Below, one piece after another: positions 6,765 to 15,153 of a DNA stretch of 33,691 nt. The stretch lies in the IMG/VR virus record IMGVR_UViG_3300017765_000017; one strand, 5' to 3'. Each line of letters begins with the position of its first letter. Within the stretch, counting starts at the first letter, position 1. The stretch is from a virus. Both the position numbers and the translations under genes were made by a program. Below the pieces are notes generated by a model. That model did not search any database. It worked only from the letters and a program-made list of their open reading frames with translations, and was not told where the DNA came from.

Positions 6765-7210
6765 AACTAGACGTACTCAGGGACGAAATTACGGCTGATG
6801 AAGGCTGTAAATACGAGATATATTTCGATCATCTAGATCTGCCCACAATGGGTATCGGGCATTTAATTAAGGTCGAAGACCCTGAGTACGGTAGGCCTGT
6901 AGGCACCAAGATCACACAAGAACGTGTGCATCAGGCGTTTAATCTGGACATCCTCGTTACAATAGAAGACTGCCGCCGTCTGTATTCTGATTGGGATACA
7001 TTCGGTGATGAGTTGCAGCACATCATTGCTAATATGATGTTTAATCTTGGCTATCCGCGTTTGGAGCGTTTTCGTAACATGCGAGAAGCTGTCAACGAAA
7101 AAGACTACGAAAAAGCGGCAGATGAAATGATAGACAGCAAGTGGTACACTCAGGTTCCGAATCGCGCAGAGCGGTTAGTGAAACGTATGAGAGAACTGGC
7201 TGATGGGTGA
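6761..7210 (+). CDS. Endolysin, T4-lysozyme-like (GH24 muramidase)
   Basis: ADEGCKYEIYFDHLDLPTMGIGHLI aligns with T4 lysozyme (E11 / D20 / T26, TIGIGHLL). Confidence 0.8.
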   Translation: MKLDVLRDEITADEGCKYEIYFDHLDLPTMGIGHLIKVEDPEYGRPVGTKITQERVHQAFNLDILVTIEDCRRLYSDWDTFGDELQHIIANMMFNLGYPRLERFRNMREAVNEKDYEKAADEMIDSKWYTQVPNRAERLVKRMRELADG

Positions 7211-7412
7211 AGTAACAATGGAGCGGTTTCTTCGCTGGAAGATACTGCCCCGGCTAATGATGGTAGCCTTTACGTTAATGGCTTGGAACGTCTGTGACTG
7301 GTTTATGTCACTGGGCGTTGACGCAACAACACAACAAACAGCTTTCGTAAGCACCATAGTCGGAGCGGCTACTGGTGCTTTTGCTGTATGGATGGGACAC
7401 GAAGCAAAATGA
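7203..7412 (+). CDS. Two-TMD membrane protein (holin/antiholin candidate)
   Basis: Two hydrophobic helices (ILPRLMMVAFTLMAWNV and TAFVSTIVGAATGAFAVWMG). Sits between the endolysin and the 3TM holin. Confidence 0.5.
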   Translation: MGEVTMERFLRWKILPRLMMVAFTLMAWNVCDWFMSLGVDATTQQTAFVSTIVGAATGAFAVWMGHEAK

Positions 7413-7804
7413 TACAGGCACTGGTAGGCCCGGTTACAGGGCTGCTGGACAAGTTTATCGAAGACAAAGACCAGAAGAACAAGCTGGCTCACGAACTGGC
7501 TACAATGGCCGACAAACACGCTCAAGAGCTTGCCAAGGGTCAGCTAGAGGTAAACAAGGTAGAGGCCGCTCACAGGTCGCTGTTCGTCGCTGGTTGGCGT
7601 CCTTTTATCGGCTGGACATGCGGCGTTGCTCTGATGGCGCATTTTGTGCTGTTTCCGGCTACTGACTTTGTTGTGGCTTATATGGGCTACGATATACCAC
7701 CGATGCCAGCTTTTGATATGGAAAGCCTGATGACTGTGCTGCTTGGTATGCTGGGTCTGGGCGGTATGCGTAGCTTTGAGAAGATGAAGGGTGTGTCTAA
7801 GTAA
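7409..7804 (+). CDS. Holin of the GTA_holin_3TM type
   Basis: QLEVNKVEAAHRSLFVAGWRPFIGWTCG followed by hydrophobic helices matches my recollection of the gene-transfer-agent holin family. ATG 7409 forms an ATGA overlap. Confidence 0.6.
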   Translation: MIQALVGPVTGLLDKFIEDKDQKNKLAHELATMADKHAQELAKGQLEVNKVEAAHRSLFVAGWRPFIGWTCGVALMAHFVLFPATDFVVAYMGYDIPPMPAFDMESLMTVLLGMLGLGGMRSFEKMKGVSK

Positions 7805-7971
7805 TGGCTAAAAAGAACTACATTAAAGAAGACGCAAAAGAACAGTACCCTGCATATACCAAAGCGTTCTGGACACGGCAAAAGTTTGGTGCTGCATCTG
7901 ATGTGCGCTCTATCAGCGTGGAAGAATATATGAAAGAAAAACCCCCAGCCAAAGCCGGGGGTAAATCTTAA
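7804..7971 (+). CDS. Small hypothetical protein (55 aa, below the track cutoff)
   Basis: ATG 7804 forms a TAATG overlap with the holin stop. It translates as MAKKNYIKEDAKEQYPAYTKAFWTRQKF...KAGGKS and stops at TAA 7969-7971. Confidence 0.4.
   Translation: MAKKNYIKEDAKEQYPAYTKAFWTRQKFGAASDVRSISVEEYMKEKPPAKAGGKS
7933..7961. terminator. Bidirectional hairpin terminator at the convergent junction of the lysis operon and the moron
   Basis: CCCCC(agccaaagcc)GGGGG at 7942-7961. Read on the minus strand it is followed by TTTTTCTTTC. A T-rich stretch also follows it on the plus strand. Confidence 0.5.
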
Positions 7972-8237
7972 TATTTATCTTTTCTTATCACCTTTAAGGT
8001 AGCCCTAGCTGACCTAATTATTGCCCATAGACCATTATCTATAGTGGCGTCCACGTTTGGCTCATCAGCCGCGTAGAACTCGCACCTAGAAACAAACTCA
8101 TCCCAGTCATCTCCGGGCTTTGCGTCTATGTAGTAATGTGACTTTGTTTGCTTGATTATGTTTGGACTTTCAAACTCACTAACGCAATCACGGTGGTCAT
8201 CGTAATACCTTTTAGGTATGCGAATTATTTCGCTCAT
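7968..8237 (-). CDS. Hypothetical protein encoded by an autonomous cassette (moron)
   Basis: ATG 8237 with a GGGAGA RBS (MSEIIRIPKRYYDDHRDC...). The longer track start at 8300 lies inside the promoter spacer. Visibly AT-richer than its neighbours. Confidence 0.6.
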   Translation of the reverse strand: MSEIIRIPKRYYDDHRDCVSEFESPNIIKQTKSHYYIDAKPGDDWDEFVSRCEFYAADEPNVDATIDNGLWAIIRSARATLKVIRKDKY

Positions 8238-8290
8238 TTTAGTCTCCCTAACAATGTTAAACAGCGAAGTCGTTTTCCGACTTAAAAATG

Positions 8291-8319
8291 ATTCTACCAT
8301 TTTTTGAATATTGTGTCAA
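8291..8319 (-). promoter_or_regulatory. Strong sigma70-type promoter for the 7968..8237 gene
   Basis: The minus strand reads TTGACA (8319-8314), 17 nt, then TAGAAT (8296-8291). Confidence 0.65.
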
Positions 8320-8350
8320 GCACAGATTTACACACCAATAAGTGATGAAC

Positions 8351-8386
8351 AAAAAAACCCCAGAGGCCAAGGGGAAACCTCTGGGG
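8351..8386 (-). terminator. Rho-independent terminator ending the late (structural) operon
   Basis: 9-bp stem CCCCAGAGG / CCTCTGGGG (8358-8366 / 8378-8386), followed on the minus strand by TTTTTTT (complement of 8351-8357). Confidence 0.8.
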
Positions 8387-8410
8387 CGGAGTTAGGGAGG
8401 AATAGAAAAG

Positions 8411-8578
8411 CTATGAAAGGGAATAGCTTTCCTCTTTCCGTTCTACCCAACTCAACGCGGCGTTGCAAGCATTAAACGTCAATACTTCCACCAATTCGTT
8501 TTCGTCAAATATCTTTACTATGCACTCACCCATCGGGCTTGTCTGCTCAATCTCGTGCCGAATCCTTGGCTCCCACAT
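8411..8578 (-). CDS. Small hypothetical protein (55 aa, below the track cutoff)
   Basis: ATG 8578 preceded by AGGAGA plus 5 nt. Translates as MWEPRIRHEIEQTSPMGECIVKIFDENELVEVLTFNACNAALSWVERKEESYSLS. Last ORF before the late terminator. Confidence 0.5.
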   Translation of the reverse strand: MWEPRIRHEIEQTSPMGECIVKIFDENELVEVLTFNACNAALSWVERKEESYSLS

Positions 8579-8587
8579 AATTGTCTC

Positions 8588-9064
8588 CTAGTAAGTTACT
8601 CCTAACCATACTAGGCTGACCAATAACGTGGTTATTGTCAATATGAGTATGCCAGCGACAATTATCTCTATAACTTTACGGCGCATCTCTTGTTGCTTGT
8701 AAATAGCTTCCTGACGTTGCTTACGAATACGGCCTTCTAACTGTATCAGATCAGCCCACGCCTGTGGCCCATAACTCATATTCAGAAATGTCTTTAGCTC
8801 CTGACGCTGTGCTTCCAGCTTCTTCTTAGCAGCGTATGCCTGTAACGCCTCTTCCTCGACAGAGCCAGCCGCAAACAGTTTCTTGAACAGTGGCGGGTTC
8901 TTTGACTGCTTCTCAGCTTGGTCAACGTCACTAGCCATCTTCATCCAGCGCGATACATCGCCCATACAGGATTCAATGTCACGCCCGGCTGCAATCATAT
9001 TCTTTATGGTGTTAAACGCCGCTGTAGCGCCAGCAACCGCCGCTGTAATGGTTACTGGCTCCAT
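8588..9064 (-). CDS. Coiled-coil protein with a C-terminal transmembrane anchor
   Basis: 158-aa track ORF with a C-terminal IEIIVAGILILTITTLLVSLVWLGV helix. Confidence 0.55.
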   Translation of the reverse strand: MEPVTITAAVAGATAAFNTIKNMIAAGRDIESCMGDVSRWMKMASDVDQAEKQSKNPPLFKKLFAAGSVEEEALQAYAAKKKLEAQRQELKTFLNMSYGPQAWADLIQLEGRIRKQRQEAIYKQQEMRRKVIEIIVAGILILTITTLLVSLVWLGVTY

Positions 9065-9270
9065 TTCGTCAGCCTTCCCGGTCTTAGCGGATTACACTTA
9101 TATGACCGGGGCATGATCTTCCCTTCATGTATTTGGGCAATTTTGTTGCCCATCTCGTAGGCTCTACTTACGCATTGTTGTCTATCTTCATATGGGCCGC
9201 GTGTGTCGTGGTATTCCCAGCATTGCTCTGGGGACGCTACGCTACAAGCTAGGACGATTGCCTTGAACAT
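9052..9270 (-). CDS. Small Cys-rich protein with an N-terminal lipobox-like MFKAIVLAC
   Basis: 72-aa track ORF whose start overlaps the upstream TGA by 1 nt. Four Cys. The signal-like segment is very short. Confidence 0.5.
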   Translation of the reverse strand: MFKAIVLACSVASPEQCWEYHDTRGPYEDRQQCVSRAYEMGNKIAQIHEGKIMPRSYKCNPLRPGRLTKWSQ

Positions 9271-9494
9271 CAGCCACGCCCTAATACCTTGTCGAGCTTG
9301 TCCTCGACGCGGTGCAGGGCTTCCATAACCTGACGCATGTCGTCACGCATTTCAGCCCGTGTGGCGTATTCCTCGCGGGTCTTGTTCAGCAAAATGTTGA
9401 GCCGCTTCTGCTCTCTGTTTTGCTCAGACAGAAACCACGCAAGGCCAGCCACGACTAGCCCGGTCAGCATGTCTATGAGGCTGGTCATTTCCAT
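9270..9494 (-). CDS. Small N-terminal-TMD plus coiled-coil protein
   Basis: LIDMLTGLVVAGLAWFL helix followed by a charged helical region (EQKRLNILLNKTREEYATRAEMRDDMRQVMEALHRVEDKL). Confidence 0.55.
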   Translation of the reverse strand: MEMTSLIDMLTGLVVAGLAWFLSEQNREQKRLNILLNKTREEYATRAEMRDDMRQVMEALHRVEDKLDKVLGRG

Positions 9495-9670
9495 CAGTCA
9501 GCATCCGCTATGGTCAGCAAGCCCTCGGACTGCTGTCGCATTATTTCTGCGTAGTCTGAATTGTCAGTATCCATCGGCACAGATATTTTTTTGCCGTCAA
9601 CAACAATATTGACGCTTATATTAGCACCGTTAATAGAAAAATATTTAGCTGATGTAATATTCATCATCAT
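9494..9670 (-). CDS. Small hypothetical protein downstream of the fibre gene (58 aa, below the track cutoff)
   Basis: ATG 9670 forms an ATGA overlap with the fibre stop, and its own stop overlaps the next ATG. Translates as MMMNITSAKYFSINGANISVNIVVDGKKISVPMDTDNSDYAEIMRQQSEGLLTIADAD. Confidence 0.45.
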   Translation of the reverse strand: MMMNITSAKYFSINGANISVNIVVDGKKISVPMDTDNSDYAEIMRQQSEGLLTIADAD

Positions 9671-11031
9671 AACTCCGCATTAAAACTTATTTCGCCACTA
9701 GCATCGTTAGTATTAATGCAATAAACAGCGTCACCTGTTGAAAATACATTGCCGTGGTCACATCTTACAAACGCGACAGTCTTACTATTACCTGCATTTG
9801 TCATATTAATAATGTTTGAATTTGTGCTGCTACCTCTGTGCATACCTACTGTTCCAGAAAAAGACACTGATGGATTTGCCCTCATCTCAACAGGAAAATG
9901 AACAAACAAATCGCTGCTGTTACCGTCAAAATTAGCCCCCATCCCGTGACCAGTATATGCTGAGGTTCCCTGTGACCGATAAAAATACCGCTGACACAAC
10001 GCCAGTTCTTCGCCATAGCTGCGATGGACAAAGTCGGTCGCAGTTGAGCCGACTTCTAGCTTGACGCCTGTGATGTGCCACGTTGCACCACTGGTTGTGA
10101 GAATTTCTGTATGCCCCGCAGCGGCGTTTGCCTTAGTAAATGCAGACCACGATGTACCTAGTGTTCCGCTAGTCCAGTTTGTCCCAGCCCCAAGATACCA
10201 ATATACACTTAGGCTTTGTGCGTTGTCGTTATCTAACGCACCAGTTGTATCGCCAGCAAATGTAATAGTTTTGTACTCCCAAGTATTTGCGGCGTTTATT
10301 GTGTAGCTTGCGGCGATAGTGCGGGTGTTATCAGTATCGTGCAGGTTTATAATATATGTTCCAGTTTCCGAACCTTTAATCCAAAAAGATAAAGTTACCG
10401 CCTCTGCACTTGATGTACCCTTTTTTAAGTGCTGTAGGTTTTGACCTTCCATCCGATGTTCTATTCGTATCATCTCATCAGCAGCTAAAGTTGTTTCTGG
10501 CGTTGAAACAGTTATTTTATAAGAATTGGCAAAACCATCTGGTGCATCTGTAACTTGTGCGTGAGTTAACGATAATTGGTCAACAGCATCAGCACTACCA
10601 GTACAACGAAACCTATCAACGGCTATGTAACCTGATACACCAGTGGCACTTGTTGAACGCTGTGCCACAGTCATCGCCCCATTGATGATGAGGCTAGGGT
10701 TCGCGTGTCTATCCGCAAAGCCTAGCTGGCCTGAGCCGTCCGTCTTCAACACCTGATCGGCGCTACCGTCACCGTCTGGGAGTGTAAACGTAGTGTTGGC
10801 TGTCACGCTTGCTGGCGCTTGCAGCTTGATGCTGTTGGTGTCGGTATCGTCCTGTAGCTTCAGAACGTCCACGCCGCTGGTGCCAGACGCAAAGTCAGCG
10901 AGATGGCTCATCTGCTCCCGGATGGCGTTGTTCACGCCACTGGGCAGCATCCCTTCAGCTACAGATATTCCGCCAACATCCGTGTTGTTGGACGCGGTGG
11001 CATCGTAATCAGTGAGCTTATCTTTTGCCAT
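9667..11031 (-). CDS. Tail fibre protein (conserved N-terminal anchor plus distal domain)
   Basis: N-terminus DYDATASNNTDVGGISVAEGMLPSGVNNAIREQMSHLADF...TFTLPDGDGSADQVLKTDGSGQLGFA is a widespread phage fibre N-terminal module. Paralogous to 12912..13409. Confidence 0.75.
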   Translation of the reverse strand: MAKDKLTDYDATASNNTDVGGISVAEGMLPSGVNNAIREQMSHLADFASGTSGVDVLKLQDDTDTNSIKLQAPASVTANTTFTLPDGDGSADQVLKTDGSGQLGFADRHANPSLIINGAMTVAQRSTSATGVSGYIAVDRFRCTGSADAVDQLSLTHAQVTDAPDGFANSYKITVSTPETTLAADEMIRIEHRMEGQNLQHLKKGTSSAEAVTLSFWIKGSETGTYIINLHDTDNTRTIAASYTINAANTWEYKTITFAGDTTGALDNDNAQSLSVYWYLGAGTNWTSGTLGTSWSAFTKANAAAGHTEILTTSGATWHITGVKLEVGSTATDFVHRSYGEELALCQRYFYRSQGTSAYTGHGMGANFDGNSSDLFVHFPVEMRANPSVSFSGTVGMHRGSSTNSNIINMTNAGNSKTVAFVRCDHGNVFSTGDAVYCINTNDASGEISFNAEL

Positions 11032-11040
11032 ATCGTTATC

Positions 11041-11598
11041 CTATTGACTGTCTGTAATACGTTCAAACATAATTGATGTTCTATCATAATCAGTGTTACC
11101 TGCGATGTTACTCCCAGACCCCAAACTGGCAGTTTCAAGTCTGAATCTAAATGTTGATGCGTTTGTGACATTGACTAAAATACTACGGGTCATTGCACCA
11201 CCACCATTGGGGTCACTAGCGGTGCCTCTGACATTGAAATAACCCCTTCGGTCAAAATTAGAACCGCTGTCTGACGACACATCTGCATCAACAGTTACAA
11301 CCGTGTCGCTATTAGAGGTGATGATTTCTACTTGAGGCGTTACTTTATACAAGCCGGTTTTGGGAAATGTAAAAACTCCACTACTTTCGGTCATACCTAT
11401 CCCAGCATATGCAAAAGTAGAATCGTCAGTTCTTTCCCAACCACTAATAGTTGCAAGGTCTGTAGTAAAGTTAGATGTCAGCCGCCAAGCGTCTATCTCG
11501 ACCGTATTTGGCATACTGACCTGACCACTGCCATCAATGGATATAGCCGCTGTGCCGCCACTGCTCTGGATATTATCGACGCGTATCACGCTCGTCAT
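11041..11598 (-). CDS. C1q/TNF-like receptor-binding protein, paralog C
   Basis: SSGVFTFPKTGLYKVTPQV matches the C1q-type G-x-F-T-x-P-x-x-G-x-Y motif. The N-terminus MTSVIRVDNIQSSGGTAAISIDGSGQV is shared with paralogs A and B. TAATG start at 11598. Confidence 0.6.
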   Translation of the reverse strand: MTSVIRVDNIQSSGGTAAISIDGSGQVSMPNTVEIDAWRLTSNFTTDLATISGWERTDDSTFAYAGIGMTESSGVFTFPKTGLYKVTPQVEIITSNSDTVVTVDADVSSDSGSNFDRRGYFNVRGTASDPNGGGAMTRSILVNVTNASTFRFRLETASLGSGSNIAGNTDYDRTSIMFERITDSQ

Positions 11599-11837
11599 TA
11601 TGACCACTCCTCTGTAGGCGCATCAGGCCAAGTCGGGTTGTTTGGATTAGTCTGCCGGATAGTGCGGATGCTGGCACGATAGGTGGCAAACGCCGCGACG
11701 CAGTCTGCTGTCAAGCCGCTGTCTGGTAGCTGTGTCCAGTCGGTTGCCTTTAATATTGCATCCGCTGTGTATATAGCCCCGTTTTCATTCGTGTCTGGGG
11801 CGGGTAGATACATATTTATGTTTTTATAATTTGCCAT
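11598..11837 (-). CDS. Tail fibre assembly/chaperone-like small protein
   Basis: WTQLPDSGL...FATYRASIRTIRQTNPNNPTWPDAP resembles Tfa-type C-terminal motifs. Embedded among the fibre genes. Confidence 0.45.
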   Translation of the reverse strand: MANYKNINMYLPAPDTNENGAIYTADAILKATDWTQLPDSGLTADCVAAFATYRASIRTIRQTNPNNPTWPDAPTEEWS

Positions 11838-11839
11838 AA

Positions 11840-12358
11840 TTACCCCACTAAATAACCACTAAACTGAGTGCCTGTAATAGATAAGTTATAACTAGTGTCA
11901 CTTTGCATGTAATACCACGGTGCGACTACATAACTAGCTGGCAATTCGATGGTTATTGAAGTTTGCAATGATTGGAAATTTGGAGCAGGTGCGCCCTCAA
12001 TTCTATAAGACGAATTAAACAAATCAGATGCGGTTTCCAAAGTTGAAGCGTGATTTGACAACAGTATTATAAGAAATCCAGTACCAACTGAATCAATCCG
12101 TTGACTTAAATTAAAATGATAAACACCCGAGACAGGCGTCGTAAACACACCAGATGACACATTGCCACCAATATCAAAAACCTCATTGTCAAAATTCAAC
12201 CTGTTGTAACCAGTTGCGGATAATCCTGTTTGACTGCTTGACCACCTTACCATAAACGCTGGTCTAGCTGGCGTCAGTATCCGACCACTGCTATCAATCG
12301 TGGCGGCAGACGTGCCGTTGGTGTGTTGCAGTTCCTGTACGCCGATTATGCTTGCCAT
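11840..12358 (-). CDS. C1q/TNF-like receptor-binding protein, paralog B
   Basis: SSGVFTTPVSGVYHFNLSQ motif and a shared N-terminus, MASIIGVQELQHTNGTSAATIDSSGRI. Confidence 0.6.
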   Translation of the reverse strand: MASIIGVQELQHTNGTSAATIDSSGRILTPARPAFMVRWSSSQTGLSATGYNRLNFDNEVFDIGGNVSSGVFTTPVSGVYHFNLSQRIDSVGTGFLIILLSNHASTLETASDLFNSSYRIEGAPAPNFQSLQTSITIELPASYVVAPWYYMQSDTSYNLSITGTQFSGYLVG

Positions 12359-12367
12359 TGTTTTATC

Positions 12368-12910
12368 CTATTGCGCTTGTGCTACACGTTCAAACATCAC
12401 GTTTGTCGTAGTTGTTGTGCTGTTTCCAATGACGTAAGAAGCGTTATCCATACTTGTTGCTCGCAATTTAACTTTTACATTTGAGACATCAGTTACATTG
12501 ATAAAAACTGAACCAGTCGCCGTACCGTTCACGCTATCTGAATCCCCACCGGAGACCGACAAAACTGAATTGTAAGTGCTGTTGTCTGTAGTAACGTGGA
12601 CTTGACCACTCATATTATCAGACGCATCTGAACGAGTTGCTTGTTGGAAAGTTATTTTATACAAACCAGTCTGCGGAAATGTAAAAATACCTGACGAATG
12701 TGACATTCCAGACACTTTGCCAGTGCCAGCCCACGCAACCTGTGACCAAGCTGTAATGTCGCTATCTCCATTAGTTGTATGATGGGCGTTGAGGTACCAT
12801 TGGTCGAAAACATACGATGCGTTCATATCGACACGACCGCTGCTATCAATCGAAAGCGCCGCAACTGCGCCGCCGCTGTGTCTGATTTCATCTACATATA
12901 TTTTGCTCAT
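12368..12910 (-). CDS. C1q/TNF-like receptor-binding protein, paralog A
   Basis: SSGIFTFPQTGLYKITFQQ motif and a shared N-terminus, MSKIYVDEIRHSGGAVAALSIDSSGRV. Confidence 0.6.
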   Translation of the reverse strand: MSKIYVDEIRHSGGAVAALSIDSSGRVDMNASYVFDQWYLNAHHTTNGDSDITAWSQVAWAGTGKVSGMSHSSGIFTFPQTGLYKITFQQATRSDASDNMSGQVHVTTDNSTYNSVLSVSGGDSDSVNGTATGSVFINVTDVSNVKVKLRATSMDNASYVIGNSTTTTTNVMFERVAQAQ

Positions 12911-12911
12911 A

Positions 12912-13409
12912 TCAAACCACCGTCAGGTTGCCGTTAATGGTTATCGTGGCGTTTACAATAAGTGGCCCCGCCGCCAAACCGTTTGTATTAGCCGCAACCG
13001 TCACATCTGTGTCGATCTGCTCTTCGTGGACGCGAATAATATCTCCCAGACCGCCGCCAGCTTCGCCCAAGAACGAGCCACCGCCGCCTAGACCCCAGCT
13101 AAGTGTGCCAGCGCCGTCAGTAAGCAGTGTCTGGCCGTCAGTGCCGTCGCCATCCGGCAGAGTAAGCGTGGTCGTGGTCGTTACCGCGCTGGGCGCTTGT
13201 ATCTTGATCTGTGCGCTGTTGTCGTCGTCTGCGAGTGAGAGGACATCAATGCCCACGGTGCCACTAACGAAATCAGCCGTGTCAGCCATAATCTCGCGGA
13301 TGGCATTGTTGATGCCAGCCGGGGAGCAGCCCTCGCTGATGTCGATTGACTGAATATCAGAGTTATTTGCGTTAGTAGCATCGTAATCGCGTATGCTGTT
13401 CTTTGCCAT
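12912..13409 (-). CDS. Short fibre-anchor protein (paralog of the fibre N-terminus)
   Basis: DYDATNANNSDIQSIDISEGCSPAGINNAIREIMADTADF...LTLPDGDGTDGQTLLTDGAGTLSWG parallels residues 1-105 of 9667..11031. Confidence 0.7.
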   Translation of the reverse strand: MAKNSIRDYDATNANNSDIQSIDISEGCSPAGINNAIREIMADTADFVSGTVGIDVLSLADDDNSAQIKIQAPSAVTTTTTLTLPDGDGTDGQTLLTDGAGTLSWGLGGGGSFLGEAGGGLGDIIRVHEEQIDTDVTVAANTNGLAAGPLIVNATITINGNLTVV

Positions 13410-13449
13410 ATTGTTCTCCTAGAGGCATTACCCCTTTATAGCATCATTC

Positions 13450-15153
13450 CTACTGTTCTGCTAGTAGACCAGCGGGTACACCAGATACCGATGGCATAGC
13501 TGCTGCTCTTTGCATAGCAACGCCGGGAACCTGTAACGCTTTCCTAGCAACCTCAGTGCCTAAACGACCTGTCCTATATATAGCTGGCAAAGCTACACCC
13601 GCAACCGTTGTAACGGCGGGAGCAGCCGCCCCAGCCAAGCCAACTGGCAACAAACCAGCTAATCTAGCAAAAGACATATCCTGTACAGGCTTATCTACTG
13701 GCGCACGACCTGTGCCAAGCACATCAATATACTCTTTAGCCAACTGAGCCTGTGAGCGCTCCATATATGTCGGCCCAAACTGCTTCTCAAGCTGTCTACG
13801 ATACTGTTCTGGCGAGAATATATCCGCACCAGTTGCAGACTTTTGCAATGAACGGATGTCACGATTTACGTCACGGACACGCTTAAACTCATCCGCATTT
13901 TTAGCTTTAGACTGTATGTAGTCTAAGAAATCTTCTCTATAAGCAAACAAGGCTTTGCCTATTTTTCTGTCAGCCGCTCCACCTGACATTTTCGCAGTAG
14001 CAATATCTCCAAGCTGAGAAACCGCATCTTGCATCATATCGCCTGTCATAGCATTATCTTCAATTCTGCTAATAACGGCATCATCAATTTCTTCTTTGAA
14101 AGCACTAAAATCTTTTTCTCTAAGTTTGTATTTCTTTCTGAATCTGTTTATGTTTTCAGGTGTTTTTAATGACATAAAGTCTTTTACAACACCACCAGTT
14201 ACAGGCAGTGACGACTTTCCGACTGCTTTCTTGAACTGCTTATCTGCAAAAATCTTAGCTTGGTTCACCGCTTCAGTCAGAGGTTCGTCTAAGTCAACTT
14301 TGTAACCAAGAGGCTTCATAACATTTTCTACAGCTTCAACATTAAACTGCTCAAATGCTCTACGCTGTGCTTGCGGTATGCCAGCAATCTCACCTAATGC
14401 TGTACGACCTAAAAGACCTTCTACATAACCTGTACCACTGCCTAAAGCCTGACCGGGTGTCAAAGGAACCTTCTTAGCAAGAAGACCAGCTACAGGCTCT
14501 TTTACAGCGCCTATAACAGCGGGTAATGCTGCTCCGCCAGCGGCTAATGTTCCGGCAATACCAGCGCCTATCCCAGCGCCAACGCCACGTTCCGCTAAGT
14601 CACCTTCAGTGCCAAGAAACCCATATGTTGCTCCACCAGCGGCAGGGGCCAATAAACGTGGCAATAACTTGGCACCAGCAAGTCTAGCGCCAGCGGCAAT
14701 ACCTGTAGGCAGTGAACCAGCTATCTCTGCTGTTAATGCAGATGCTGGGTACTCTTCTTTGAACTCTTTACGCTTTGCTTCAAACTCGCCCATACCAGCT
14801 TGAAACTCTGGCATAAACTCTTCGCCGCGCAAAGCAGCCATAGCGCCTCTACCAGCGCCGACAAGTTCACCAGCGCCGCCGAATGTAAGACCCTGCGCTA
14901 ACTCTCTTGCAACGCCGGGTATGAACTTTGCACCAGCAGCCTTGGCCTCTGCTGTGGCCTCGCCAGTAAACTCATCTGGCATATACATCATCTGCTGCTT
15001 AGCGGTAGGCGCACCTGATGGCTTTGTCGCTTTCACTGCTGGTTTTTGCTGTTGTAGACGTTTAATCTCACCAGCAAGAACACGGGCGTCTTCTGTGTTA
15101 CCAGCCTCATGCGCCTTCATAAACGCCGCTTTTAGTCTGTCTAAATCAGCCAC
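13450..15153 (-). CDS. Internal virion / ejection-type protein (Ala/Gly-rich with glycine-zipper segments)
   Basis: 567 aa. GVGAGIGAGIAGTLAAGGAALPAVIGAV-type hydrophobic Gly-zippers. Position between the tail and fibre genes. Confidence 0.5.
   Translation of the reverse strand: MADLDRLKAAFMKAHEAGNTEDARVLAGEIKRLQQQKPAVKATKPSGAPTAKQQMMYMPDEFTGEATAEAKAAGAKFIPGVARELAQGLTFGGAGELVGAGRGAMAALRGEEFMPEFQAGMGEFEAKRKEFKEEYPASALTAEIAGSLPTGIAAGARLAGAKLLPRLLAPAAGGATYGFLGTEGDLAERGVGAGIGAGIAGTLAAGGAALPAVIGAVKEPVAGLLAKKVPLTPGQALGSGTGYVEGLLGRTALGEIAGIPQAQRRAFEQFNVEAVENVMKPLGYKVDLDEPLTEAVNQAKIFADKQFKKAVGKSSLPVTGGVVKDFMSLKTPENINRFRKKYKLREKDFSAFKEEIDDAVISRIEDNAMTGDMMQDAVSQLGDIATAKMSGGAADRKIGKALFAYREDFLDYIQSKAKNADEFKRVRDVNRDIRSLQKSATGADIFSPEQYRRQLEKQFGPTYMERSQAQLAKEYIDVLGTGRAPVDKPVQDMSFARLAGLLPVGLAGAAAPAVTTVAGVALPAIYRTGRLGTEVARKALQVPGVAMQRAAAMPSVSGVPAGLLAEQ

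Noticed and set aside
9667-13409. Diversity-generating retroelement acting on the paralogous fibre/C1q genes
   Set aside because: There is no reverse transcriptase anywhere in the genome. The paralogs are diverged throughout, not a near-identical TR/VR pair differing at adenines.
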